DNA of 32,254 bases from an uncultured Candidatus Saccharibacteria bacterium (GTDB lineage Bacteria; Patescibacteriota; Saccharimonadia; Saccharimonadales; CAYVSP01): NCBI GenBank assembly GCA_964606965.1, contig CAZSHK010000004.1, positions 4,170 through 36,423 of the forward strand, given 5' to 3'. The translations under genes were made by a program, and so were the position numbers. The notes beneath the pieces are model-generated. The model was not told the origin of the DNA. It ran no database searches and was given only the letters and a program-made list of their open reading frames with translations. This document shows, one piece after another, positions 7,844 through 17,137 of the stretch (the first letter of the stretch is position 1; the number at the start of each line of letters is the position of its first letter).

Positions 7844-9139
7844 ATGCTTGATATACAGTTTATCCGCGATAATCCAGAATTTGTTGCAGAAAAGTCCGCC
7901 CAAAAAGGCTATAAGGTTAGCATCACCGATTTGCTGAAGCTCGATAATGACCGCCGCGAATTAATAGCCAAGATTGAGGCACTGCGTGCTGAGCGTAATA
8001 AATTAGCAGACGCACTAAAAGGTGGCAACCCATCACAGGAGCAGTTGGAGCGAGGTAGGGAGGTCAAGGAACAGGTCAGTCAGGCGGAAGCGCTGCTAGG
8101 CCCTCTTAATGACAACTTCCTACAGCTGCTTAAACAAGTTCCTAACATGCCGACAGCTGATGTGCCGGTGGGGGCCAGTGAAGATGAAAATGTCGTGGCT
8201 AAAACTGTGGGCGACAAGCCTACTTTTGATTTTGAACCCCAAAACCATTGGCATATTGCCGAAGCCAAAGGCTGGATTGATAAGGAACGTGCCGCCAAAG
8301 TTACTGGTGCGCGCTTTTTATATCTAAAAGGTGACTTGGTAAGGCTGCAATTCGCCCTAATGCAGTTTGGGTTGGATGTGCTTAGCAATGAGAAGACTCT
8401 ACAACAAATTATCGATGATAATAAGTTAAAAGTTGGTAATAAAGCATTCGTGCCGGTTCTGCCGCCGGCCATGGCACGTACCGAAGCCTTTGAGGCTACA
8501 GGGCGGCTTAATAAAGAGGAGCAGACCTACAAGCTTGCCGACGAAGACTTATGGCTCAATGCCAGTGCCGAACATACAATGGCGCCGATGTACTTGAATG
8601 AAATCCTGGATGAGGCAGATCTGCCAATTCGCTATGTAGGCTATACCACTGCTTTTAGGCGCGAGGCCGGCACCTATGGTAAAGACGTGGAAGGCATGTT
8701 GCGCCTCCATCAGTTCGATAAACTGGAGATGGAAAGCTTTGACTTACCGGAAAACTCGCTGCAAGAGCATTTATTTATGATTGCCGTTCAGGAATACTTA
8801 ATGTCTGCTCTCAAATTACCATATCAAGTGTTGCTCAAATGTACCGCCGACATTGGTGGACCCAATGCTAGAGGTGTAGACATAGAGGCTTGGTTGCCGG
8901 GTCAAAATCGCTACCGGGAAACGCATACGGCCGACTACATTACCGATTATCAGGCACGCCGCATGCAAACTCGCGTCCGTCGCGCCGATGGAAGGATTGA
9001 GCTCATACACACCAATGATGCTACGGCGTTTTCTCAGCGTCCGCTGATAGCAATTATAGAAAATTACCAGAATAAGGACGGGTCGGTACGGGTTCCTGAC
9101 GTTTTACAACCATACATGGGAGGGAGGGTCGAAATATGA
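7844..9139 (+). CDS. serS: Seryl-tRNA synthetase
   Basis: N-terminal coiled-coil arm plus class II core (FRREAGTYGKDVEGMLRLHQF motif 2, ENYQ near the C-terminus). Confidence 0.94.
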   Translation: MLDIQFIRDNPEFVAEKSAQKGYKVSITDLLKLDNDRRELIAKIEALRAERNKLADALKGGNPSQEQLERGREVKEQVSQAEALLGPLNDNFLQLLKQVPNMPTADVPVGASEDENVVAKTVGDKPTFDFEPQNHWHIAEAKGWIDKERAAKVTGARFLYLKGDLVRLQFALMQFGLDVLSNEKTLQQIIDDNKLKVGNKAFVPVLPPAMARTEAFEATGRLNKEEQTYKLADEDLWLNASAEHTMAPMYLNEILDEADLPIRYVGYTTAFRREAGTYGKDVEGMLRLHQFDKLEMESFDLPENSLQEHLFMIAVQEYLMSALKLPYQVLLKCTADIGGPNARGVDIEAWLPGQNRYRETHTADYITDYQARRMQTRVRRADGRIELIHTNDATAFSQRPLIAIIENYQNKDGSVRVPDVLQPYMGGRVEI

Positions 9140-9495
9140 TTCAAAAACTGGAAATCTCAGGTGTTCACACCGAAGTCGATAAGAAACTGCGAGAATACGT
9201 CACCAAAAAAATTGGCAAATTAGATCGTTTTACGCCACGTAAAACCCGTGAAGCATTGCACGCTGAAGTTATCCTCAAAAACACCAAAGCAAAAGATAAA
9301 AAACACTGTGTGTGCGAGGTGGTGATGATTCTGCCGCACGATAAAATTATCGTTACTGAAGCAACTATGAACATGTATGCTTCCGTCGATATAGTTGAAA
9401 CCAAGCTCAAAAATTTACTCAAAAAGTACAAAGAGACGCATTCTACGCTTGCACTGCATAAAAGAATGCTCTCACGCATGCGCCGCCGCGTATAA
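9136..9495 (+). CDS. hpf: Ribosome hibernation promoting factor / RaiA family (short form)
   Basis: S30AE-family N-terminus (ISGVHTEVDKKLREYVTKKIGKLDRF), 119 aa. ATGA overlap with the serS stop. Confidence 0.8.
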   Translation: MIQKLEISGVHTEVDKKLREYVTKKIGKLDRFTPRKTREALHAEVILKNTKAKDKKHCVCEVVMILPHDKIIVTEATMNMYASVDIVETKLKNLLKKYKETHSTLALHKRMLSRMRRRV

Positions 9496-9502
9496 TATTC
9501 AT

Positions 9503-9928
9503 ATGGTTTATCTATTTCTAGCAATGGTTTTCTATAGTACGGCGTTGCTCTTTATTGCGGCCGCTTCGCGTCATACCAGCGCGACACTGGCCACAGCTAT
9601 TGTTAACGGTATTTCGGCCATAATTCCTATTATTCTGGCCGTTGCGTTACTCAATAAGAAAGAAGTTATTGGTCATCGTTTTGGGGTGGTAATGGCCCTA
9701 TGTGGTGGTGTTGCCATAGCCTTTTTTGGTCTTTCTCTAACTAAAGCCTTAACCCAGAATAAGGTCGGTATTGTTTCGCCGGTTGTCTTTGGTGGCGCTA
9801 TTTTTGCCTCCACCATTGCCAGCTTCTTTATCTTTAAAGAGAAAACGACACCTGTTCAAAGCTTGGGACTAATGTTAGTTGGCTTGGGCTTGATAGCCAT
9901 TATCTATGCCCGCGCCACCGCGAAATGA
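9503..9928 (+). CDS. Small EamA/DMT-superfamily-like membrane protein
   Basis: 141 aa with 4-5 TM helices and an EamA-like C-terminal pattern. ATG 9503 is preferred because the longer ORF (from 9395) overlaps hpf. Confidence 0.5.
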   Translation: MVYLFLAMVFYSTALLFIAAASRHTSATLATAIVNGISAIIPIILAVALLNKKEVIGHRFGVVMALCGGVAIAFFGLSLTKALTQNKVGIVSPVVFGGAIFASTIASFFIFKEKTTPVQSLGLMLVGLGLIAIIYARATAK

Positions 9929-9988
9929 CTGGCGTGCGTAGGGCAGCATCAGGTACAATATAATCCAGCGCGAATCTGATGGAGGTTA

Positions 9989-12598
9989 TTGATAGTGAAG
10001 AAAATTCTGAAGCGTGTATTAGGTGATCCGCAGGCAAAGACTCTTAAGCGACTAACCCGAAGGGTTAAAGAGGTCAATGCCATGGCCGATTCTTACAAGA
10101 AGCTGACAGATAAGCAGCTGCGTGCTAAGACAGACGCATTCAAAAAACGCTTAGCCAAAGAGAGCTTGGACCAGTTATTGCCAGATGCTTTTGCAGCCGT
10201 GCGCGAAGCCGCCACCCGCACATTAGGACAACGCCACTTTGACGTTCAGTTAATTGGTGGCATGGTTATGCACGAAGGCAGCGTGGCCGAAATGAAGACC
10301 GGTGAAGGTAAGACTCTGGTGGCCACCTTGCCGGTATATCTTAATGCCCTGACCGGTAAAGGGGTCCATTTGGTGACCGTTAACGACTACCTGGCGCAAC
10401 GTGATGCCGGCTGGATGGGGCAGGTTTATGATTTTCTTGGTCTGAGTACAGGCGTTATTATCGCCGATGAATCCTATGTCTACGACCCAAAATTTAGTAA
10501 TACTAAGCACCAAGATCCACGTTTCCATCACCTAAAACCGGCCACTCGCCAAGAAGCCTATAATGCCGACATTACCTATGGCACCAACAATGAATTCGGT
10601 TTTGACTATTTACGCGATAACATGGTGCGTGAAATTGACCAGCTACGTCAACGACCATTGCATTACGCCATCGTTGACGAAGTTGACTCGATCCTTATTG
10701 ACGAGGCCCGGACGCCGTTGATTATCTCTGCTCCAGCCGTCACCAGTGGTAGTGCCTACGCCCAGTTTGCTAAAGTAGTGCGCAAACTCAAAGATGACGA
10801 ACATTATGAGAAGGATGAAAAACACCGTTCAGTCATACTGACCAACGAAGGTATTGCCTTGATGGAAAAGACTCTGGGCATCCAAAATCTATACGACACT
10901 GAAAATATACGGACTATTTACCATCTTGATCAGGCACTCAAGGCTCACGCCCTTTTTAAGCGCGACAAAGACTATGTTGTTACTAACGATGGTGAAGTCG
11001 TAATTGTTGACGAGTTCACTGGCCGTTTACTAAAAGGGCGGCGCTATAACGAAGGTCTACACCAGGCCATTGAAGCTAAGGAAGGTGTAGAGGTCCAGGA
11101 AGAATCAATGACGCTGGCGACTATTTCTTTCCAGAACTACTTCCGTTTATACGATAAACTGGCCGGCATGACAGGTACAGCCAAAACCGAAGAAGAGGAA
11201 TTTCATCAGGTCTATAAGCTTGAAGTCGTGGAAGTACCATCTAATAAAAAAATAACTCGTGAAGACCGCACTGACCGCATATACAGAAGCGAAGAAGGCA
11301 AGTTCCGGGCTATTGTAAAAGAGGTCAAGGTTGCGCAGCAGCGTGGCCAGCCGGTATTGCTAGGTACAGTATCGGTTGAAAAAAACGAGGTCTTGAGTCG
11401 TTTGTTTACGAAGGCCAAGATTAAGCATGAAATACTAAATGCCAAGAATAACGAACGTGAAGCCGGCATCGTGGCCCGGGCAGGTCAAAAGGGTGCTGTG
11501 ACGCTGGCTACGAACATTGCTGGTCGTGGTACCGACATTGTGCTTGGTGATGATGTCAAGGAATTAGGTGGCCTGTTTGTCTTAGGTTCTGAGCGTCATG
11601 AATCACGTCGTATTGATAATCAGCTACGCGGACGAGCCGGCCGACAAGGCGACCCTGGTACAACCCAGTTTTTTGTCAGTACCGATGACGATCTGATGCG
11701 TATTTTCGGTGGCGAACGGATTGGCTCTATCATGGACCGCTTGAGGGTTGACGACGAAACGCCAATTGAAAATCGCATGATTAGTAAGAGCCTGGAAGCT
11801 GCTCAGAAAAAAGTTGAGGGCTTCAACTTTGATGCCCGCAAGAATGTTGTCCAGTACGACGATGTTATGAACCGGCACCGGCGGGCTATATATGCTATGC
11901 GCAGCGAAATTTTGCACGATGCTGATATTAAAGCTCGTATCAAGATTTTTATTGAAGAAGAGGCTCAAGCGCTAGCTAATTCGCCACTAAACACTAGCGA
12001 TCAATTCGAGGATATCATTAAAGACGTCTTTGCCTTTGATGAGGCCATTCTTGACCGTCTATTTGATAGCGACACTAACAGTTTTGGCAAAGTGCTGTTG
12101 CAAGAGGCTAATGAGTTGTATGACGCTCGTGAAAAGGCGTTTGGTACTGATATATTGCGTAAGGTAGAGCGCGATGTCTACTTGCAGGTGCTTGATAATC
12201 TTTGGATGCAGCATCTAGAGAATATGGATCACTTGAGGGAGGGCATTCACTGGATTAGCGTTGGGCAGAGGGATCCTTTGGTCGAATATCGTCGTCAAGG
12301 CCAGATTTTATTCGAGACTATGCAAAATGATTTACGTCATGATGTTGTTCAGGCTTTATTCCATGCTGAACCGGTTGATGCCAGTGAGCTTGAACAGCCA
12401 ATCGAAACAGAATTAACCCGGGCGGCTCGTAAATCAGTCGATAATGCCGATACGGTTATTGAAGCTGAAGAATTTGAAGTCGGTGATTTTTCGTCTAGCG
12501 ATGAAGAACAGCAGACTAAACGTAAGCAACAAGACAAACGCAAAAAAGCTCGAAAAGCCGAGCGCCAGCGTAAAGCAAAAAATCGCAAACGTAAATAG
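9989..12598 (+). CDS. secA: Preprotein translocase ATPase SecA
   Basis: Walker A MKTGEGKT, DEVDSILIDEARTPLIIS, TNIAGRGTDI and LRGRAGRQGDPG motifs. GGAGG at 9981-9985; start is TTG 9989 or GTG 9995. The C-terminus is a Lys/Arg-rich tail without zinc-finger cysteines. Confidence 0.95.
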   Translation: MIVKKILKRVLGDPQAKTLKRLTRRVKEVNAMADSYKKLTDKQLRAKTDAFKKRLAKESLDQLLPDAFAAVREAATRTLGQRHFDVQLIGGMVMHEGSVAEMKTGEGKTLVATLPVYLNALTGKGVHLVTVNDYLAQRDAGWMGQVYDFLGLSTGVIIADESYVYDPKFSNTKHQDPRFHHLKPATRQEAYNADITYGTNNEFGFDYLRDNMVREIDQLRQRPLHYAIVDEVDSILIDEARTPLIISAPAVTSGSAYAQFAKVVRKLKDDEHYEKDEKHRSVILTNEGIALMEKTLGIQNLYDTENIRTIYHLDQALKAHALFKRDKDYVVTNDGEVVIVDEFTGRLLKGRRYNEGLHQAIEAKEGVEVQEESMTLATISFQNYFRLYDKLAGMTGTAKTEEEEFHQVYKLEVVEVPSNKKITREDRTDRIYRSEEGKFRAIVKEVKVAQQRGQPVLLGTVSVEKNEVLSRLFTKAKIKHEILNAKNNEREAGIVARAGQKGAVTLATNIAGRGTDIVLGDDVKELGGLFVLGSERHESRRIDNQLRGRAGRQGDPGTTQFFVSTDDDLMRIFGGERIGSIMDRLRVDDETPIENRMISKSLEAAQKKVEGFNFDARKNVVQYDDVMNRHRRAIYAMRSEILHDADIKARIKIFIEEEAQALANSPLNTSDQFEDIIKDVFAFDEAILDRLFDSDTNSFGKVLLQEANELYDAREKAFGTDILRKVERDVYLQVLDNLWMQHLENMDHLREGIHWISVGQRDPLVEYRRQGQILFETMQNDLRHDVVQALFHAEPVDASELEQPIETELTRAARKSVDNADTVIEAEEFEVGDFSSSDEEQQTKRKQQDKRKKARKAERQRKAKNRKRK

Positions 12599-12609
12599 AG
12601 GACTAATTT

Positions 12610-13896
12610 ATGAAACATTCGGTCACTGAACTGACTCTAAAAAATGGTGCCAAAGGGCTGCTGATACACGTACCTGATGCCAGTGTTATGACCTTTGACC
12701 TCAACTTTAGAGCCGGTGAATATTTGGTACCGAAGCATAAATGGGAAACGCCGCATCTTATGGAGCACTTATTGCTCGGCGCCAATGAGTTGATTCCTAA
12801 GGCGCGCGCCTTTCAGGCTGAGTTTGAGAAAAATGGTGCCTATAGTAATGCCAGCACCGGCACCTATGAAATAACTTATGAAGCAGAGTGCGCAGATTTT
12901 GAGTGGGATAGGGTACTTAGCTTAATACTCACCGCCATTACCAAACCACTATTCTTAGCCGAAGAGTTTGAGGCCGAGTTCGGTAATGTTCGTGAGGAGT
13001 TGATGGCCAGGAGCAATAATCATTTTCGCTATTTGAGTCTGGCGCTACGTCAGGCCTATGGTTTCATGGTACTAACTGACCAGCATCGTTTTGCCCTTAT
13101 GGATAATGTAAACGTTGAGGATGTGCGCGATCATTACAAACAAACGCATACCACCAGCAATTTACGGTTTGTGATTGCCGGCAATTTACCGCCACAGCGT
13201 CGACGACTGGTAAAACAATTACTTGCCAGCTTAGAGCTACCTAGTGGGGAAGGCCGCACGCCTCTGCCGCTTGAAAAGCCGCAGCGTTTACTCAGCCCGC
13301 TTTATCTGCACAATGAAAGTGTCGATAACCTCTATTTTTATATGGATACTTTTCTGCAACGGCGTTTAGATGATGCTGAAGGAGATGCTTTAGGTCTCAT
13401 AAATGCCATGCTAACCGAAACACTTTATTCGCGCATTTTGGGCACAGCCCGAGAGCGCGGCTTGGTTTATCACATGAGCTCCGGTTTTGGACTGACTGAG
13501 CAGACCAGTAACTGGTGGTTTGGGGCCCAGATTTTGCCTAAAAATGCGCCCGCTCTTTTTGACATAATGATCCAAGAGCTTCAAGAAGTTTTTGCTGGTA
13601 AGCTTAATAAATCTGATATTGAAGCCGCCAAGCAGTATGCGCTGGGCCGTTTCCAGCGTAGCGGTCAAACAGTTGGTGGTACAGCTAACGGTTACTCGCA
13701 ACGCTATTTCTTTGACGATAAAATTGACGATTATTACGAAATACCTGACCGCATCAATGCTATTACTAAAGAGGGAATAATTAAGATTAGCCGGGCGCTG
13801 TTTGAAGAAAATGTCTGGGGCTTTGGCACGCTGGGTAATGCTGGCGAAGATTTCAACGCCAGGCTTCACAAACAGCTATTACCACTCTGGAAATGA
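12610..13896 (+). CDS. M16 (pitrilysin/insulinase) family zinc peptidase
   Basis: HLMEH (HxxEH) zinc motif near the N-terminus. Two-lobed 428 aa architecture typical of M16. Confidence 0.8.
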   Translation: MKHSVTELTLKNGAKGLLIHVPDASVMTFDLNFRAGEYLVPKHKWETPHLMEHLLLGANELIPKARAFQAEFEKNGAYSNASTGTYEITYEAECADFEWDRVLSLILTAITKPLFLAEEFEAEFGNVREELMARSNNHFRYLSLALRQAYGFMVLTDQHRFALMDNVNVEDVRDHYKQTHTTSNLRFVIAGNLPPQRRRLVKQLLASLELPSGEGRTPLPLEKPQRLLSPLYLHNESVDNLYFYMDTFLQRRLDDAEGDALGLINAMLTETLYSRILGTARERGLVYHMSSGFGLTEQTSNWWFGAQILPKNAPALFDIMIQELQEVFAGKLNKSDIEAAKQYALGRFQRSGQTVGGTANGYSQRYFFDDKIDDYYEIPDRINAITKEGIIKISRALFEENVWGFGTLGNAGEDFNARLHKQLLPLWK

Positions 13897-13916
13897 TTGT
13901 CCTGTAAACTACAAGC

Positions 13917-14999
13917 ATGGACTTAGAAAAACAGGCCTCCACACTAGGCGTAGATATTGGGCAGGCTATTGAGCGCCTGCATATTGCCGAGCTTGAAACC
14001 GAACTTCAAAAACTGCAACTAGCCAGTCAGGCAGCTGATTTCTGGAAAGATAATTTGATGGCTCAGGACGTTATGAAACAGATTAGTAAATTAGAGGCAC
14101 GCATTGCTCCATGGCGTGAACTAGAGCTGATGGTAACTGACGTGCGCGACTTGATTGCTCTTAAAGACAGTAGTTTAACGGCTGATCTACAGCAGCAAAT
14201 AAAAGCGGCAGAACAGACGTTTGCTGGTCTAAAGAATGAATTGAAATTTATTGGTCCATATGATGATCATGACGTCATTGTCAGTATTTACGCCGGTGCC
14301 GGTGGTACTGATGCTCAAGACTGGGCACAGATGCTCCTAAGAATGTATACGCGCTGGGCAGAAAGTAATAACTATCAGCTCAAAACTTTAGAACAAAGCA
14401 GTGGCGATGAAGCCGGTCTAAAAAGCGTCACCTTAGAAATCAGTGGAAATTTTATCTACGGCAAGCTTAAGGGTGAGCAAGGCGTGCACCGCTTGGTGCG
14501 ATTGAGCCCATTTAACTCTGATCACTTGCGGCAGACTAGCTTTGCCAAAGTCGATATTTTACCTAAAATTGATGCACCTCAAGAACTAGTTGTCGATGAA
14601 AAAGAATTAAAAGTAGATGTTTTTCGGAGTGGTGGTCACGGTGGTCAGTCGGTAAATACTACTGATTCAGCTGTACGCATAACTCATTTACCAACCGGTA
14701 TTGTGGTATCAATACAAAACGAACGTTCTCAGCTACAGAACAAAGAAACGGCCCTGACTATTTTGCGCTCAAAACTAGCAGCTTTACAGCTTGAACAGCA
14801 TGTTGAACAAATTTCTGAGCTCAAAGGTCCCAACGAGCAGGCCGCTTGGGGTAACCAAATTCGTTCCTATGTTTTGCATCCGTATAAGCAGGTAAAAGAT
14901 TTGCGCACCAATTACGAGACATCAGATATTGAGGCTGTCTTAAGTGGCAAGCTGGAACCCCTAATAGAGGCATACTTAGAGTCATCCTTTGGGCAGTAG
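13917..14999 (+). CDS. prfB: Peptide chain release factor 2 (single continuous ORF, no programmed frameshift)
   Basis: SPF tripeptide (LSPFNS) and GGQ motif (SGGHGGQSVNTTDSAVRITHLPTG). 360 aa in one frame. Confidence 0.93.
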   Translation: MDLEKQASTLGVDIGQAIERLHIAELETELQKLQLASQAADFWKDNLMAQDVMKQISKLEARIAPWRELELMVTDVRDLIALKDSSLTADLQQQIKAAEQTFAGLKNELKFIGPYDDHDVIVSIYAGAGGTDAQDWAQMLLRMYTRWAESNNYQLKTLEQSSGDEAGLKSVTLEISGNFIYGKLKGEQGVHRLVRLSPFNSDHLRQTSFAKVDILPKIDAPQELVVDEKELKVDVFRSGGHGGQSVNTTDSAVRITHLPTGIVVSIQNERSQLQNKETALTILRSKLAALQLEQHVEQISELKGPNEQAAWGNQIRSYVLHPYKQVKDLRTNYETSDIEAVLSGKLEPLIEAYLESSFGQ

Positions 15000-15071
15000 T
15001 AGCCTTGACACTAAGCAGCGTAAATTGTTAAGGTTTAAGAGTTGTTTATAAAAATAAGCGAGGGTATTACA

Positions 15072-15302
15072 ATGCAAGACGACCAAGGAAATCCAGCCGC
15101 AGCACCAGATCAGAATGATCAGCCAGTGCCCGCCGGCCCAGATCCGATGCCAAGTGAACCAAGTGATGAGCCAACCGGTGGCGATAACGGGGCAGCACCT
15201 GCTCCATCACCATCTTTTGACCCGGCTCCACCAGCTTCAGACCCAGGCACACCATCAGAAAGCCCGGTTCCAGAAGATCCAGCCGCGCCCGCTCAGCAGT
15301 AA
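15072..15302 (+). CDS. Small acidic proline-rich low-complexity protein (76 aa)
   Basis: ATG 15072 is preceded by GAGGG (15060-15064) and followed by a strong terminator. Composition is P/A/D/S-rich; coding status is uncertain. Confidence 0.45.
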   Translation: MQDDQGNPAAAPDQNDQPVPAGPDPMPSEPSDEPTGGDNGAAPAPSPSFDPAPPASDPGTPSESPVPEDPAAPAQQ

Positions 15303-15317
15303 TTTTTCTGCAGCCCT

Positions 15318-15351
15318 AAACCCCTTATGAATAAAACCATAAGGGGTTTTT
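15318..15351 (+). terminator. Rho-independent terminator
   Basis: Perfect 12 bp stem AAACCCCTTATG / CATAAGGGGTTT (15318-15329 / 15338-15349) with an 8 nt loop, running into a T-tract. Confidence 0.85.
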
Positions 15352-15384
15352 GTATACCCGCATAACGCTATATAATAAGAGAAC

Positions 15385-16068
15385 ATGATTCTACTCGACA
15401 GAGTTACCAAGTCTTACAATCGTACAATTAGTCCGGCTCTGGACCGTGTTTCACTACACGTTGAGCCGAAGGAGTTTGTAATTGTGGTTGGGCAAAGTGG
15501 CGCTGGTAAATCAACACTTCTTAAGTTATTGACCCGGGAAGAACGGCCGACCAGTGGCAAAATCATTGTTGGTGGCATAGACTATGACAAATTAAAAGAT
15601 AAAGAAATCCCATTGCTGCGCCGCAAAATCGGGGTGGTATTTCAGGATTTTAAACTGTTACCTAATAAGACAGTGTTTGAAAATGTCGCATTTGCGCTGG
15701 AACTGGTTGGCTATGCCAACCGTGAAATTAACCACACGGTGCCAAAAGTGCTAGATATTGTCGGACTTGTCGGTAAAGAAAAACGTATGCCACTGGAACT
15801 ATCCGGTGGAGAACGTCAACGGGTGGCAATTGCTAGGGCAGTGGTGCGACAACCACGGATATTAATAGCCGACGAGCCAACCGGAAACCTCGACCCAAAA
15901 CATGCTTGGGACGTTATTAAAGTACTGGAAAAGATTAATAAATACGGGACTACAGTATTGCTGACCACGCATAACCAAGACATCGTAAATAAACTGCAAC
16001 GCCGCGTCATAACCATTAAAGATGGCAAGATTTCCAGCGACAAAGCCAGGGGAGACTACAAGGGATGA
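15385..16068 (+). CDS. ftsE: Cell division ATP-binding protein FtsE
   Basis: ABC ATPase: Walker A GQSGAGKST, signature LSGGERQR, Walker B ILIADEPT. Followed by ftsX with an ATGA overlap. Confidence 0.92.
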   Translation: MILLDRVTKSYNRTISPALDRVSLHVEPKEFVIVVGQSGAGKSTLLKLLTREERPTSGKIIVGGIDYDKLKDKEIPLLRRKIGVVFQDFKLLPNKTVFENVAFALELVGYANREINHTVPKVLDIVGLVGKEKRMPLELSGGERQRVAIARAVVRQPRILIADEPTGNLDPKHAWDVIKVLEKINKYGTTVLLTTHNQDIVNKLQRRVITIKDGKISSDKARGDYKG

Positions 16069-17027
16069 AGCCGACCGGTATGCGTCGCCGCATGATTACG
16101 CTCGAGCGGATTATAACAACCGGTATTGCTAATTTTGTGCGCAACGCCTGGCTGGCCATTGCAGCCATAGCCATGATGCTAGTCACCCTGACTATAGTTC
16201 TTTTTTTAGTTATATCTAACGCTACCTTCACGCATACGATTTCGCAGATTACCGATAAAATTGATATCTCAGTCTACCTAAAAGACAGCGTAGAACCTAA
16301 AGATCGTGACAAGCTTATCAGCGACATAAAAAAAGTCCCAAATGTTAAGTCCGTTGTGTACGTTTCTAAAGATGAGGTTCTGAAAACTTACCAACAACAA
16401 AACAAGAATAATCCTGATCTACTAGCGGCCATTGGTGCGACCGGCGATAACCCACTACCTGCCACCATTCAAATTAAGCCTAGAGATCCCAACAAGATCA
16501 ACGAAATTAAAGATTATCTTGAGGAACCAGTCGTTAAGCGTCTGCAATCGGACGAGACTTCGTATAGTGGTGATCGCAAAGAGGCTATAGACAAAATTAC
16601 TCAAGCGACTCGGTTCATGCGTGAAGCTGCCTTAATAGGTGTCATTGTCTTTACGATTATATCGACACTGATAATTTTTAATACAATACAAATGGCTATA
16701 TTTAACCGACGTGAAGAACTAACAATTATGCGTTTACTCGGTGCCAGTACCTTGTTTATTCGTGGTCCTTTTGTGGTTGAAACTATGTTGTACGGGGTTA
16801 TTGCCTCGATTGTCTCAGTTATTCTGGTAGGCAGCTTATTTACTGTAACCTCGCAAACATTTGAAGCAACCAGCCTAGGACTACTAGATATTGGCTTTGC
16901 CAGCGACTACTTTAGTGAGCACTTTTGGCTCATTTTGACAGGCCAAATGGCCATTGGTATACTCATCGGTGCCTTTTCTTCTATATTGGCTACGAGGCGT
17001 TATCTCAAATTTAAAACAACTAAATAA
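16065..17027 (+). CDS. ftsX: Cell division permease-like protein FtsX
   Basis: N-terminal TM, large extracytoplasmic loop, three C-terminal TM helices (FtsX fold). Translationally coupled to ftsE. Confidence 0.9.
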   Translation: MKPTGMRRRMITLERIITTGIANFVRNAWLAIAAIAMMLVTLTIVLFLVISNATFTHTISQITDKIDISVYLKDSVEPKDRDKLISDIKKVPNVKSVVYVSKDEVLKTYQQQNKNNPDLLAAIGATGDNPLPATIQIKPRDPNKINEIKDYLEEPVVKRLQSDETSYSGDRKEAIDKITQATRFMREAALIGVIVFTIISTLIIFNTIQMAIFNRREELTIMRLLGASTLFIRGPFVVETMLYGVIASIVSVILVGSLFTVTSQTFEATSLGLLDIGFASDYFSEHFWLILTGQMAIGILIGAFSSILATRRYLKFKTTK

Positions 17028-17137
17028 AGCTCTGCTTAATAACTAACTGAGACTACTTGTTTTAAGCAGTATACTTAAGGTACAGCTAGGGCAGATTGCC
17101 AGGTTTCGATCAATTGCAAAAGCTTAAGAGGTATGGT

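Noticed and set aside
13917-14999. Looked for the programmed +1 frameshift (CTT TGA C) usual in prfB.
   Set aside because: The whole RF2 is encoded in one uninterrupted frame from ATG 13917. There is no in-frame TGA near codon 25, so this prfB is not frameshift-regulated.
17028-17137. The 110 nt leader before the CHAP hydrolase gene as a possible c-di-AMP (ydaO-type) or other riboswitch. Also the hairpin at 17032-17039/17062-17069.
   Set aside because: No conserved riboswitch core sequence that I recognise. The hairpin has a 22 nt loop and no U-tract. It is probably just promoter or UTR sequence.
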